The notes under the pieces were generated by a model. It was not told the DNA's origin and ran no database searches. It was given only the letters and a program-made list of their open reading frames with translations. DNA of 64,000 bases from the human T2T-CHM13v2.0 reference genome, Homo sapiens. Positions 24,771-45,049 of this stretch are shown here, piece after piece. Each line of letters begins with the position of its first letter. Position 1 is the first letter of the stretch. Location of the stretch: assembly GCF_009914755.1 (NCBI RefSeq), contig NC_060926.1; one strand, given 5' to 3'. The position numbers and the translations under genes are program-made.

Positions 24771-27700
24771 TAAATGTATTAGTCTTTAAGAAAAAAAGAG
24801 GTGGAATTGACCTTGGTGTCTTATGAAATCGCAGAACATATGATGGGTATAAACGATGCCAGAATAAACAAGATTTTCAAAGTTTTTGGAAAAAGCTGAG
24901 CTCATGCCGATTATAGAAAGCATTTGCATCTTTTGAAGGGTTTTCCTCTGAGGGTTCAAATGTCCCTCAGGGATCATGCTGGTGATAATCCCAGCTCACA
25001 AACTGACTGGTCTTAATTGCCTTCAATCAAGTAGCTCCAGCAGGAGACGGGAAAAATCACCGCTGAGTTTCCTCATACTTCTGGCCACCTGACAGGGTGT
25101 CAGGCGTTTTTGGGGACAAAATGAATCCTCGCACACCTGGCCCAGCAGGATGAGGGCATCCCGTGTCCCGCTGCTGCTCCGCTGAGAAAGAGGTGCCGTT
25201 ACAGGAGTGGAAAGCTGACTTCGTCCACAGTTTCTCTCCCAGCATTTCACACTGCATTGCTGTTTGCTTCTTTTCATGGGCGGCACACATCTCTGGCACT
25301 CAGCGTGTCCATGTGCTGTTACTGGATGGCCATACCTGGCAAACATATTGACCTGTGTCTTGCGGCCTCAGTCCACAGCTTTATGCTCAAGCGCTCTTCA
25401 AGATGGAAGTTTAGAATTTCTTCTTTTTGGAATTCAGAAATCACAAAGTCTCCAGTGCCAGGTGCCTGGGAGAGGGGAACTAGGGTCCCAGGGAAATCAG
25501 AGTGACTCGGAGCCTCAGCAGGAGCACAGACCTCAGTCTCCCTCATAAAACTCTCCTCCAGAAATGTTTCTCTTTGTTCATTTTGTCAGCTTTATGAGCC
25601 TTTTTCCAATGCTGCCATTAATTCAGATCTAAGAAAGGAACAGTGTGGTACAATAGATTTCCACTGGGAAAGGATCTTTCCAACAGGAGCTGATCAAAGT
25701 CTCAGAGGGACCCTTCTCAGTCCTGCTGACCTGCTGACCGTGAAGGTCAGGTGACACATTTGCGGAGGGTCCACAACAAACGTCTGTGAGTGCCCTTGAG
25801 CCATTGTAATGTCCTAGTGAACTGCTGACATATAAAAGTCAATCAGCAAAAAAAATCACTGCTTAAGCAGTTAAATTAACATTATTTTTAATTGAGTAAT
25901 CTAACACCTCCCTATGAGCCATACTTTATGGAATTTCAATAAAGACAAACCAACCATAACGAATCTGAACACTTTATTAAAGCAATCTTTCCAATCTTCA
26001 GTTGCTGACGTATTGCAGCTGATTATATGCATTACTCTCCCATACATTTTTGCAAATTGAGCCACTTTGGTGTGCTGGAGATTAATGAAGTATTAATAAC
26101 AGAATTATTCTCCCCTTATGGTCCCTGCAGACATAGAGAAGTAACCATGTCCCCAAGCCTCCTGCCGCTGCTGACCACTCATCATCCAATGTGTCCTGGA
26201 TGAGGTAGCAACTGGTGCACAACAGTAAGAATAAAAGCTCCTCTCCTCTAATGTACGGAGCTGCGTGGTGGCCTTAGAGACTTTTAAACTGGAAGAGTCT
26301 CAGCTCTTCAGTCTACCTCAAGGACAAAATGGATCTTTCCTTCACAAATGTTGCCCAGGTTACAAACAGTTCTTAGTAGAACCTTAGTCCTTTCATTCCT
26401 GTGCAGAACATCTAAATCGGTCACATTTAATACGAATGACTAATGTATGTTATAACCATAAAGGCAATGGTAATTTATGACAAAACCACTAATTTTTAAA
26501 TATTTATATTCCCAAACACTCCAAATGTTTTAAAAAGTTATTTATCTTGTCACGATTCTTGTAGACTTCACTCCTTGTATTTTTTAAGTGCGTACATATC
26601 AGATACATGGGAGGATTTTCAAAGCCTGCATCCTAGTCACGCCTGACTCTTTTGTCATGTGCCTTGCAAAGCCTCCCAATACCAGTTGTCCATGATGCAG
26701 CTTCAGACTCTGCAGACTCAGCCCTGGTTGTGTTGCATGACTCTGCAGCTGCCACACACAGAACCTCCGTGCTGGTTGTTCCCACACGGGCGTGACTGAC
26801 AGATACCAATGGAACCCGGATATCATGACAATGTTAGACCCAAAACAATCTGTATTTATTTGTAACAAAAGGAACCTACTTTTTTCCACAAAAAAATTCT
26901 ATTTTTTTCTCTTTGAATTGACTTTTATATTCTAATTCTCTCATATTTCCTTCCAAATGCAGAATAATTTATGCCTTATAAATTGAGCCATTTTCTTCCA
27001 AATGTAGAATATTTTATACTTGAGAAATCCTTTATTTTTAATAAGTTTTACATATTTCTTTACCTATCCTCTACAGATATGTATGCTCATGTTATATATT
27101 TGATACATTCATTTATATATTCTTCACATTCATATAGTCTTACCATGCATTTATATACTTGAATATGTATTTTATTTTGCATGTTACTTTTTATGTATTT
27201 TATAAATTTAAATTTCATATTTAGAAAATGTTCAGTGAGCACAAGGGCCTCAGTGTTCATTGTTTTCTTCAAGATTGAGTTATTTTTTACACATTATTAG
27301 AACACGATTTAATAAGCACGGATCTATGACAGATGTTGGTAATTATTATGCATAGAGATAAATATTTATTGGAATTAGTTTATTGATGAGATGGGTGGAG
27401 TTTCAGTTAGTTCCTTCATCAGTTGGCTGAACATCACCTGTGGGCCAAGGGGCCATGCACCCTGGTTACCCGAGATCCTTCCTATTTATGCCTTCTGTCC
27501 CAGGAAATTATTAATAACTAATAGTGCTCCTGTCTCCTCAGAAGTATTCCACTTTGGTTAGGAATTATACGGTTGCCCTACATACTATAGATGAGACAGT
27601 TCAGCAGCAACCCTGTGATTATTTTTACCTTTGCAGATGGAAGGTGCCTAGAAACCTGCTCCTGTGACTATGTCGCTGGGAACAGTTTTGCCATAGGAAT

Positions 27701-28381
27701 GCCATCTGGCCCTCAAAACTCCTTCTGAGATATAGAAGAAAATGAACATATAATGAGCTATCATTAAAATGATTTTTATTCATGTATCAGCAATCAATTC
27801 AATAACATTGTCCTCCAAATTTCTAAACAAAATATTGGAAAATACCTCATTTGCACAAAGGATTAGTTACCAATCTTTAGTCTTTTATTTCCTCAGTTTC
27901 TAGAAGATGCTCTGAGACATATCAAGTGACTGTTAATTGTGCCTACACCCCTTCAACTTAGGGGCACCTTGCTTAACACAGTACACTCGGAACTAAGTGT
28001 GAAATCAAAATATTCAACACACCTTTACCTTATCATGCACTTCAAATACATTTTTGTCAGAATATATTTTGACCAATAGAACAAAACTGCAGACCAGCCT
28101 ACTTATGGGAAACTTCACCATCTAGCCTATTGGCTGAAGCCATTGTCATCGCCAAATCAAACAGCCAAATACAACTGACTCTCTCTCTCTCTCAGGAGAG
28201 ACTTAACTTTATTTTTAACTTACTTTATTTTAATTCAAATTCATTTATTAATGGTTCCTTTGACAACCCGCTCACTTCTGAAATCAGAAAACCAGCAACT
28301 TCCTCAGTTCCCACAAGTTCACCTGGACAATCACACGGGCAGGAACAGGCGCGACACCCTGGTGGCTTCATGGTGCTTTGA

Positions 28382-28948
<567 letters not shown>

Positions 28949-29951
28949 TAAGATTGGGTCCTGTGATGCTGAGGGAGGGAAATAGCCTTTTACTGGGTTC
29001 TTGCTCGTGCTGGGTGCTGCGTGCAATCCCTTCAGATCCTCCCAGCCTCCCTTTGATGTAGCAATCACTGTTTCTGCCCTATGGCTTAGGAGCCAAGGCT
29101 CAGGGAGATTGAAATCTCTTAGTGAGTGGAACCCTGCAGATTTAAATTAAGTTTTCTCAACCCTAACGTTTCTGTTCCTGAAAATCACTTCAGTGTTTTC
29201 AGATAAATTCCTTTATCCATCATGTGGGCTAGGTACATCCCAAGATGATTATGAGTTCAGCAATCCACTTGATGTAAAGATGACTGCTTTACTCCCAGAG
29301 GTGAATTTATTTGCTGGACACTCATAGCCTAGTAGAATCTACTGGTCTATTTGGTCAAAAAATGGGTCATTTTGCTTGTAATTTAACTACTCATTTCAAT
29401 GAATAAGCCAGCCTGTTTGCTCTTGTGCCATGTTCAGTGATGAAATTATCTAGAAATACATCAGTGGATGTTCTGTTTAGCCCAAAGAGCGCAGGTGGTG
29501 GGACTCAGGTCTGACTCAGACCAGCTGTGGACAGATACACCAGCACAGAGTTCCCCTACGAAAGCCAACAACTTTACCTAGGCAATTTTCCTAGGCGGGC
29601 TTTTAGTAAGAGGACCTGGTGTTCCCAGAAGCCGTGAGAAGCCCTGGGTAGAGCTGGAGGCTGTGTCACTGAAGACGGCTCGGTGCTCCCAGCAGCAGGG
29701 ACAAGGCAATTGGGCTCACGCTCTGCTCCCACTGGCTTCCTGCAAGTCGCTTGCCTTCTTGGCCTCAGTTGGACAATCCCTAAAGTGGGATAACACTGTC
29801 TTACCCACCTTATGCTCAACAGTGGACCAGTTCAACCCCCAAGGCTTTTTAAGCTCTCAGTATTATGAGATTGTGATTCTGTAAACCCATATTTGCTCAG
29901 AATTATTTCACTATTGAGAAAAATCAGAGTTCAAGTGTCTTTAAATGAAAT

Positions 29952-30850
29952 TGTGTTGGTTTTCTACCCAGCTGTGACAAATTGCTCCAAATTTAGTGGC
30001 TGAAAACAACATAAATGTGATCTTCCAATTTCACAATCAGTGTCTGATGTCTCACTTGGCTGAAATCAAGGTGTTGCAGAGCTGGTTCTTTCTGGAAGCT
30101 CCAGGGGAGATCCCTTTCCTGGCAATTCCAGCTTCTGGAGGTGCCTGCATCCCCTGGCTCATGGCCCCTCCTTCCAAGCCAGCAATGTTGTCTGTCTCTG
30201 TGCCTTTGTTTGGAGTCACATCTCCACCTCCCGTCAGGAGAGGGCCTCCAACTTTAAGGACCCATGTGACTGGATTGGACACTCGTGGAGACCCAGGACA
30301 ACCTTCCCATCTCAAGGCCCTTAATGTAATCGCATCAGCAGGCTCCAAGGATTAGCGAATGGATGTTGTGCGAGAGGCATTTTTCTGCCTCCACAGATGA
30401 CCCACTGACCCTCAAAGATTCATACCCAGTCCACATGCCTAACATGCTCACCCCATTCCAAGGTTCCCCCAAACCCCATCCCATGACGGCACCAACTCTA
30501 GGCCCAAAATCCAATCCAAATCTCATCACATAAATCATCCACATCAGGTAGGGCAGGCTCAGGGTAAGATCCATCCAGGACAAAATTCCTCTCCATCTGG
30601 ACCTAGCCTGTGAGACAGGGAAGCTTGTCGTCTGCTCTCCAGATGCCCTGGCGGAACGGTGTTAAACATAACAGCAACAGATGTCTGCGTGGAGAATGGA
30701 AAGGAAGGGGAGTCACTCCTCCCAACCCACGTGGAAATCCAGCCAAGCAACTCCCTTAGGCTTCAAGGCCAAGGAGTACTCGCTTGTGGCTGGAGGCTCT
30801 GCCCTCTGAGTCATGAACTCAACTGTCCTAAAGCCTGGCTGTTTTGTCAA
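29952..30850 (-). mobile_element. MLT1 MaLR LTR (~29952-30394) plus adjacent internal sequence
   Basis: Antisense MLT1 text (GAAATCAAGGTGTTG...TTTCTGGAAGCTCCAGGGGAGA...TTCCAGCTTCTGGAGG...CTGCCTCCACA) followed by MLT-int-like sequence. Confidence 0.7.
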
Positions 30851-30859
30851 TGACTCTTC

Positions 30860-31030
30860 ACTTAATCCCCACAACAACACTGAAAGCTCAACCTTTCCAT
30901 ATTAACTTACAGATGAGGAAGTGAGGGCTGAGGGAAGTTAATGCCAGGCCCTCCAGCCACCACAAATCAAGGCAGGGATTCAAGTCCAGGGGCATCTGTC
31001 TTCAAAGCTTATGCTCCTCCTGCCCTAACT
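30860..31030 (-). mobile_element. MIR fragment
   Basis: TTAATCCCCACAACAAC...TTACAGATGAGGAAGTGAGG...GGGATTCAAGTCCAGG. Confidence 0.65.
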
Positions 31031-31167
31031 CCAGGGCACAGATCTCCTAGGGGCACCTGGAGCTCTGTGAACAAGAACCACACCAGGAAGTGCATGATCC
31101 CAAAGGGTCATCTTTCTGCTACCACGGGGTCCTCCTATGTCCTGACCAATGGTCTCTTCCTACCCAG

Positions 31168-31374
31168 GTCCGGGAGGTGACAAGACATGTCATTCAAGTT
31201 TCAAATGAGGTTGTCACAGATGATGACCGCTATTCTGACCTCCTGATGGCATGGGGACAATACATCGACCACGACATCGCGTTCACACCACAGAGCACCA
31301 GCAAAGCTGCCTTCGGGGGAGGGTCTGACTGCCAGATGACTTGTGAGAACCAAAACCCATGTTTTCCCATACAA
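31168..31374 (+). CDS. TPO: TPO exon 7 (207 nt; VREVTRH...WGQYIDHD...NQNPCFPIQ), includes distal His239
   Basis: Acceptor cccag|GTC, donor CAA|gtaagt. Motif WGQYIDHD with D238 at 31267-31269 and H239 at 31270-31272. Confidence 0.98.
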
Positions 31375-31529
31375 GTAAGTTTTAGAAAACGTTTCTATGT
31401 TTGTTATGAAACTAAGTGCTATTTAAAACGTCAAACAGAATGGTATAAAACAAAATGTGGAAGTCTGTTTCTTTGTCCTATTCCCAGGGGTAGCAGTTGT
31501 GAATATCTGGTGCATCTCACTGGAAATTC

Positions 31530-33140
31530 CCTGGGTACACGTATATATAGCATGTATGATAGTGTGGGTACACATATATATAGCATGTATGATACTGTGG
31601 GTACACATATATATAGTATGTATGATAGTGTGTGGGCAGATGTGTACATAGCATGTATGATACTGTGGGTACATATATATATAGCATGCATGTTAGTGTG
31701 TGGGCAGATGTGTACATAGCATGTATGATACTGTGGGTACACATATATATAGCATGTATGATAGTGTGTGGGCAGATGTGTACATAGCATGTATGATACT
31801 GTGGGTACACATATATGTAGCATGTATGATAGTGTGTGGGCAGATGTGTACATAGCATGTATGATACTGTGGGTACACATATATAGCATGTATGATAGTG
31901 TGGGCAGATGTGTACATAGCATGTATGATACTGTGGGTACACATATATATAGCATGCATGATAGTGTGTGGGCAGATGTGTACATAGCATGTATGATACT
32001 GTGGGTACACATATATAGCATGTATGATCGTGTGTGGGCAGATGTGTACATAGCATGTATGATACTGTGGGTACACATATATGTAGCATGTATGATAGTG
32101 TGTGGGCAGATGTGTACATAGCATGTATGATACTGTGGGCACATGCATATATAGCATATATGATAGTGTGTGGGCAGATGTGTACATAGCATGTATGATA
32201 CTGTGTGGTCACAAGTATATAGCATATAGGATTATGTGTGGGCACATGTATTGGCACATCACAGGTGGGCTCGTGTGTATATAGCATGTATGATATTGTG
32301 TGGTCGTGTATATAGCATATAGGATTATGTGTGGGCATGTGTATTAGCATATATGATCTCGGGTGGGCACGTGTGTATATGGCATATAAGATAGTGTGTG
32401 GGCACGTGTGTATATGGCACATAAGATAGTGTGTGGGCACGTGTGTATATGGCATATAAGATAGTGTGTGGGCACGTGTGTATATGGCATATAAGATAGT
32501 GTGTGGGCACGTGTGTATATGGCATATAAGACAGTGTGTGGGAACGTGTTTATATGGCATATGAGATTGTGGGCACGTGCGTTTATGGCACATAAGATAG
32601 TGTGCAGGCACGTGTGTATATGGTATATAAGATAGCGTGTGGACACGTGTGTATATAGGAAATAATATAGTGTGTGGGCACATATGTATATGGCATATAA
32701 GATACTGTGTGGGCACATGTGTATATAGGATATAAGATAGTGTGTGGGCACGTGTGTATATAGCATATAAGACAGTGTGTGGACACATGTGTATATAGTA
32801 TATAAGATAATATGCGGACATGTGTGTATATAGCATATAAGACAGTTTGTGGGCACATGTGTATATGGCATATAAGACAGTTTGTGGACATGTGTGTATA
32901 TGGCATATAAGATAGTGTGTGGACATGTGTGTATATGGCATATAACATGCTGTGTGGGCACATGTGTTTATAGCATATAAGACAGTTTGTGGGCACATGT
33001 GTATATGGCATATAAGACAGTTTGTGGACATGTGTGTATATGGCATATAAGATAGTGTGTGGACATGTGTGTATATGGCATATAAGATACTGTGTGGGCA
33101 CGTGTGTTTATAGCATATTAGTTTGTGGGCACGTGTGTAA
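31530..33140. repeat. Composite GT/AT-rich minisatellite, 33-35-bp units
   Basis: 5' part alternates GATACTGTGGGTACACATATATATAGCATGTAT and GATAGTGTGTGGGCAGATGTGTACATAGCATGTAT; 3' part is the monomer GATAGTGTGTGGGCACGTGTGTATATGGCATATAA. Confidence 0.95.
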
Positions 33141-33583
33141 ATAGAGCCTATTATCCCATGTGTACCTGCACTTTTTCTCATCCTCTGTGTCACATCATGT
33201 GCATGCTCAGTGCCTGGTAAGGACCACTTAGCAATAGTTCTTATACATGTCTGCTTAACATTAAGTGAACAGAAATGTAATTGTTTACAACTTAGTATTC
33301 CATTTGTGTGTGCATTATAATCTATCTAACCACTTTCCCTATTAATGAGCATGAGTTGCCTTCTGCTTCATTGCTGTTTTTATGCTGTCACAAATAATGA
33401 AGCAAAGAGCACACTTGGCCCTCAATCTTTGTGCCCATGTGCACACCTGATAGATCCAGGGGTAAGATTGCTAAGTCACGGTGGAGGTGCCTGTGGAATT
33501 TTGATAAATATTGCAGAATTACTCTCCATTAATATTGCACAAATGTTCACTCTTACCAGAAAAGAAAGAGACAATATAGGTAG

Positions 33584-34260
<677 letters not shown>

Positions 34261-34418
34261 CCAGGTCCAGCCTCTGTCCCTGGGAGGAGGTCTCTCTCTC
34301 TCACACGCTGGGGCTCAGACCCTGGGAGACAGGGGGCCCCTTGCTCTTCTCTGCAGAGCCCCCTCACCAGGGCGGCCCCCTGCATGTGTTCCCTGCTGCA
34401 TGTACCTCTAACCTGGGA

Positions 34419-34718
<300 letters not shown>

Positions 34719-34946
34719 TAGTGTTATTCTTCACCACTCAGGACCCCAAAGTTCTCATCTGTTAACATTAGAGCTGTTAGATCTTGCAGAAGTACCTGTA
34801 TCTTCAGCAATGAACAGTCTGCCAAGCAGAGGCCCTCGTTCCCAGCTAAGTGGCTCCCCAGCACAATCTGTGCAAAAAAATGACTGAGTTATGCAGCCTG
34901 GAGAAGCAGTGGAGATGGGCACCTATTATCTATCAGGTCTTGGGTT

Positions 34947-35084
34947 CCAGGCTTGCCTTGTAACTTATTAGCTGCGTGTATATAGGTTTGTTGTCCATAA
35001 AAAGAGTATATTTCCCAGGCTGGCCTTGTAACTTATTAGCTGCATGTATATAGGTTTGTTGTCCATAAAAAGAGTATATTTCCC
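34947..35084. repeat. 68-bp tandem duplication within a MIR-like fragment
   Basis: CCAGGCT(T/G)GCCTTGTAACTTATTAGCTGC(G/A)TGTATATAGG...GAGTATATTTC at 34947 and 35015. Confidence 0.9.
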
Positions 35085-35254
35085 ACCTAATAATGTAGCA
35101 ATTAGAATGAAATGAGATCGAATTTGCAAAACCAGGCTCAGAGAAGGAATTCAATGAACGTGTATTGTTATTGCTGTGTTGCTGGAAGTGTAGACCTCTG
35201 AGAGGGATGTGGGGTGATTAGGGAAGCTCAGCAGGGAGGGAGCACGTTGGGTAG

Positions 35255-35420
35255 GGAGCTGCACTGAGAGAACTACTCTGTGTGGAGGTTGGGCTCCCCT
35301 GGAGCTGCACTGAGAGAACCACTGTGTAGTGGGGTGGGGGCTCCACCTTTGGGCTCCCCTGGAGCTGCACTGAGAGAATCACTGTGCGTGGGGGCTCCAC
35401 CTTTGGGGATCTCCTGGAGT
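35255..35420. repeat. Three imperfect ~46-60-bp repeats
   Basis: GGAGCTGCACTGAGAGAA at ~35255, 35301 and 35361. Confidence 0.8.
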
Positions 35421-36889
35421 TTCGCTGGTTTGGGCAAGAGCTGGTGAAAAGCAGCCTTGGAAGAAGGAGGGATTGTTCTTGCAAGTCTGCGGCTGCTATT
35501 GGGGTAATTTATGTTTGTCCAGACAGGTGGGACAGTTGGGGGCCACCATCTGGGTGGGAAGGACACGGGTAGCCCTGAGGCCAGACAAGGACCCCAGGAA
35601 AAGCCCAGCCCTTCAGGGCCACACACACCGTGGGGGAGGTTGGGGGGCCTCTGGCCAGGGCATCATCCTGGGCATGTTCTGCTGGTATCCAGGGTCACGT
35701 GATGGTTGTGGTGAGCCCCACACACCCGCCCCCAGAGGCTCCTTCCTCCACCCACAATACTCAGTTATGTGGATGGCTGCGTTCGTATAAAGATAAATAT
35801 ATTAATGTAGGTTCAAACGTTCTTTGGCCTAAATGTTTATTATTTTCTTCTGATTTTAAAGCAAGTTAAAGATTTTGTGGCCACACTTGCTCCTGTGGCC
35901 CTAGGCACTGTGGCTATGGTGCCGCCTGGGTAGGCTGGCCCTGGGGAAACTGGACTTCCACCTGCCTCAGGGGAGGAATTGGCCTTTTGTCCCAAGAAAA
36001 GTCTCCTCAGAAGAACCCGAGTGGGAGTGAAAAGCAAAAGTGAGTTGGGCCCCAGGGCCCCCTGCCCCACCGGGCATAAATATACCCACAGGCATGCACA
36101 CACTCACAGGCACAGGTGACCGTGACCACCCGTACACCTGTGTGCACGCCCTTGTGCACACACATGCACACCCACCCACACCCATACACACACGTGCACA
36201 CAGGCACACGCACCTATACATGCTCATGACACACAGACCCACACACACACCTGCACACACCTCACATGCACACAGCTGCTCCAGGATCCTTCTGCTGACA
36301 TGCGGACCCTGTGTAACTCAGGAGTGTATTGGACGAGGGCAGGGGGGGCCGTGGCGAGGAGCAGGATACTGTGATGCCCGTGGAGACCCCCGCAGAGGTT
36401 CCGGGGGGTCCGGGCACTGGCTCCTTCGGGGCTCCCTACTGGATCTCAAGGGAAAGGCGGGTGCTCTCATCAGCCATGTCACTCTCCAGTGTCCTCCTTT
36501 CTTTTTAGGGCTCAGTTAGAGTGAGCCCGGTCACCCCAGGTACCGTCTCTCTGCCCTATTTCAACTTTCTCTTCTGGCTCTTCTGGGCCAGCCTGTCTTT
36601 CGTGGGGCAGGACTGGGGTTGACAGCACTTCCCTTCCACACGGAGCACATGCTTGTGGGACCCTGAAGGCAGAGAGGCTGGGGCAGGTGCTGTGGGCAGC
36701 AGGCGGGGAGGGGCTGGACCATCTCAGGCGGGGAGCCTGCAGGGCTTGTTCCCAGGAGCTGAGGAGCTGACTCCAGACCTCAGGGCTCTGCGCTAAGGTC
36801 CCTGGACACAAACTCAGGGCACAGACAAGAGGCAAACCCTCAGGGGACGACTTGAAAATATGGAATCACAAGGAATTGTTATCTTCATT

Positions 36890-37560
36890 CTATAAAGAGC
36901 TCTTATAAAGCAATGAGAAAAAAATAAACACCCAATGGAATAAACACCCGATGTGAACAAGAAAATTACAAGAAAACCCAAATACGTGTGTGTAGGTAAA
37001 CACACACACACACACACACACATAGATATCAATGAAAGATAAATGAACAGCAAGATGCTGTTTTTAAACATACAGACTGGAAAGAAATTATGAAATTTTA
37101 ATTTAGTGTTGTTGAGGGTATTGAGAAATCATTTGCATCCATGCATTGCTGTGCAAAAGTAAACTGGTGAATACATTCGGGACACGATGTGACATAAGGT
37201 ATGAAATGAAATCAGGCCCATTCACAGCACCACAAGAATCTTCCCTAGGGACAATGTCCAAACTGCCCTTAAAAGTGGGTGAATATATTAGTTTGTCACG
37301 ATTGTTTATATCACCAAAATACTGAAAAACTTTAAACGTTGATCACAGGCTATGAGCATGAGAAACACAAGCAACTTTAGACAATCATGTTATACAGTGA
37401 TATTATGGAAATGGTAAAATGTTGCCCAGCTTAGTAAAATTTTAGATGATATTGTACTTGTCACTTTTCTTATTTCAAAATGTTCATTATTGAGCATATA
37501 TTATCTTTGTACTTAGAGAAAAATAACAATAAAATTATTTGTAAACAATTTTAAAAATAA
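36890..37560 (+). mobile_element. Old L1ME-like 3' fragment with (CA)11 microsatellite
   Basis: TATAAAGAGCTCTTATAAAGCAATGAGAAAAA...GTAAACTGGT... L1 sense text; CA run at ~37001-37022. Confidence 0.5.
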
Positions 37561-38387
37561 AAGGCAAGACCACATCTGGCAGGGAGGACACCTGCGTGCC
37601 CGTGGGTGAGAACGTGGGAGAGGCCCCAGGGTGGGTCTCCAGGGCACTTTCCAGGGCTCTTGGTGTCAGGCATGAACCTCCTGGCTTGCAGTTAAGAGTG
37701 TCCATCAATTATTCAGATCCTGTCCATCCCCAGGGCAGCCTTCAGTAGTTGAGTGATTGAGCTAACAGTCACTCCAGTGAGATGAAAAATATACCGTATA
37801 CTCTAGGAGTAGCTCCATAAACCCAATAGATGACACATCATAAATCAGTGCTTTTAAATGTTTGATGTCCTTTACACTCAAAGCATCCAGTTTGGTCTCT
37901 GAGTATTTACGGTGGAGTGAGAGGGTGGAAGTTCTTAGTGAGCTTGGAGCAAGTTGGGACTTTTGAATCCCAAAGCAAAACAGAAAATGATCCACACAAT
38001 TTATCATATCTATGTTTATTCAGTTTTCCTAAGAGAAACATGTTTCCAGCAACTACACGAGACTATAAATTAAAGTGTTTTGAGTCTCTGACTACTGATC
38101 ACTCAGCCCAGGGAGCTGTGAGAGCTTTGCAGCATCCTCTATTTTAGGACTGGGCTTTTCTTCATGACCTTGCTCCTTCTGGTCTCGGCTAAGTGGGGGT
38201 GCAGGCAGCCCGATGATGTTCCACTGGGTGCTGCAAACCCCCCATCCACTGCAGAAAATATGTAGCTATGAATGTATCGACAACCTCAAAGCTATGCAAG
38301 CCTCCTCATGCACACCAATGTGTATCTCTAGGTACATATTACAAAGTGGAGTTAGTGGGTTATGAATTATGTTCATGTTGGAATTTT

Positions 38388-44495
<6,108 letters not shown>

Positions 44496-44682
44496 TCATG
44501 TTGGAATTTTAATAGGTACTCCCAAATTTCTCTGCAGCAATGAGATGGCGAATTGTATTTTCTAATTGATTATTTTTCAGCAACAATTAATCTTACATAA
44601 TTCCTATTATTTTCCAATGCGGTAAAGAAGAAAATCTTGAATTTTACATTATTGGCTTTAAAACCTGTATCTGTGTCTCTTT

Positions 44683-44850
44683 TGTTGACCTAAAGCAAGA
44701 AGCTGAGGCACAAAATACATTTTAAAGAGTTTACTTGAGCCAAAATGAGAATAGCTGCCCGGAATACTTAGATCCAAATAACTTTGGACGTGAGCTTTGT
44801 TAGATCTTTGCTGCAAACAGGTTTCAAAGGCGAAAAAGGTGGACAAGGAG
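44683..44850 (-). mobile_element. ERV1 LTR fragment (MER4-group-like)
   Basis: TGTTGACCTAAAG.AAGAAGCTGAGGCA...AGAGTTTACTTGAGCCAAA resembles antisense ends of MER4-group LTRs. Confidence 0.5.
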
Positions 44851-45049
44851 TGAGCCTTGGTCCTTCACTCTATATGATTGCTTGGCTTTTCATTTTGTTT
44901 ACGGTGCCATTATTCATAAATTTAGGTCGATTTTCGTCAATTTTTTTTCTTCTCTATGACATCTACATTGTTATCTTACTGAGCAGGTCTTCCTTATCTG
45001 GTATATATAATAATATATATATAAATATATTTTTCTATATTTTATTTTA

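Noticed and set aside
31423-33193. 558-aa and other His/Tyr/Cys-rich ORFs
   Set aside because: Translations of the 33-35-bp minisatellite; periodic, open in several frames, no gene structure.
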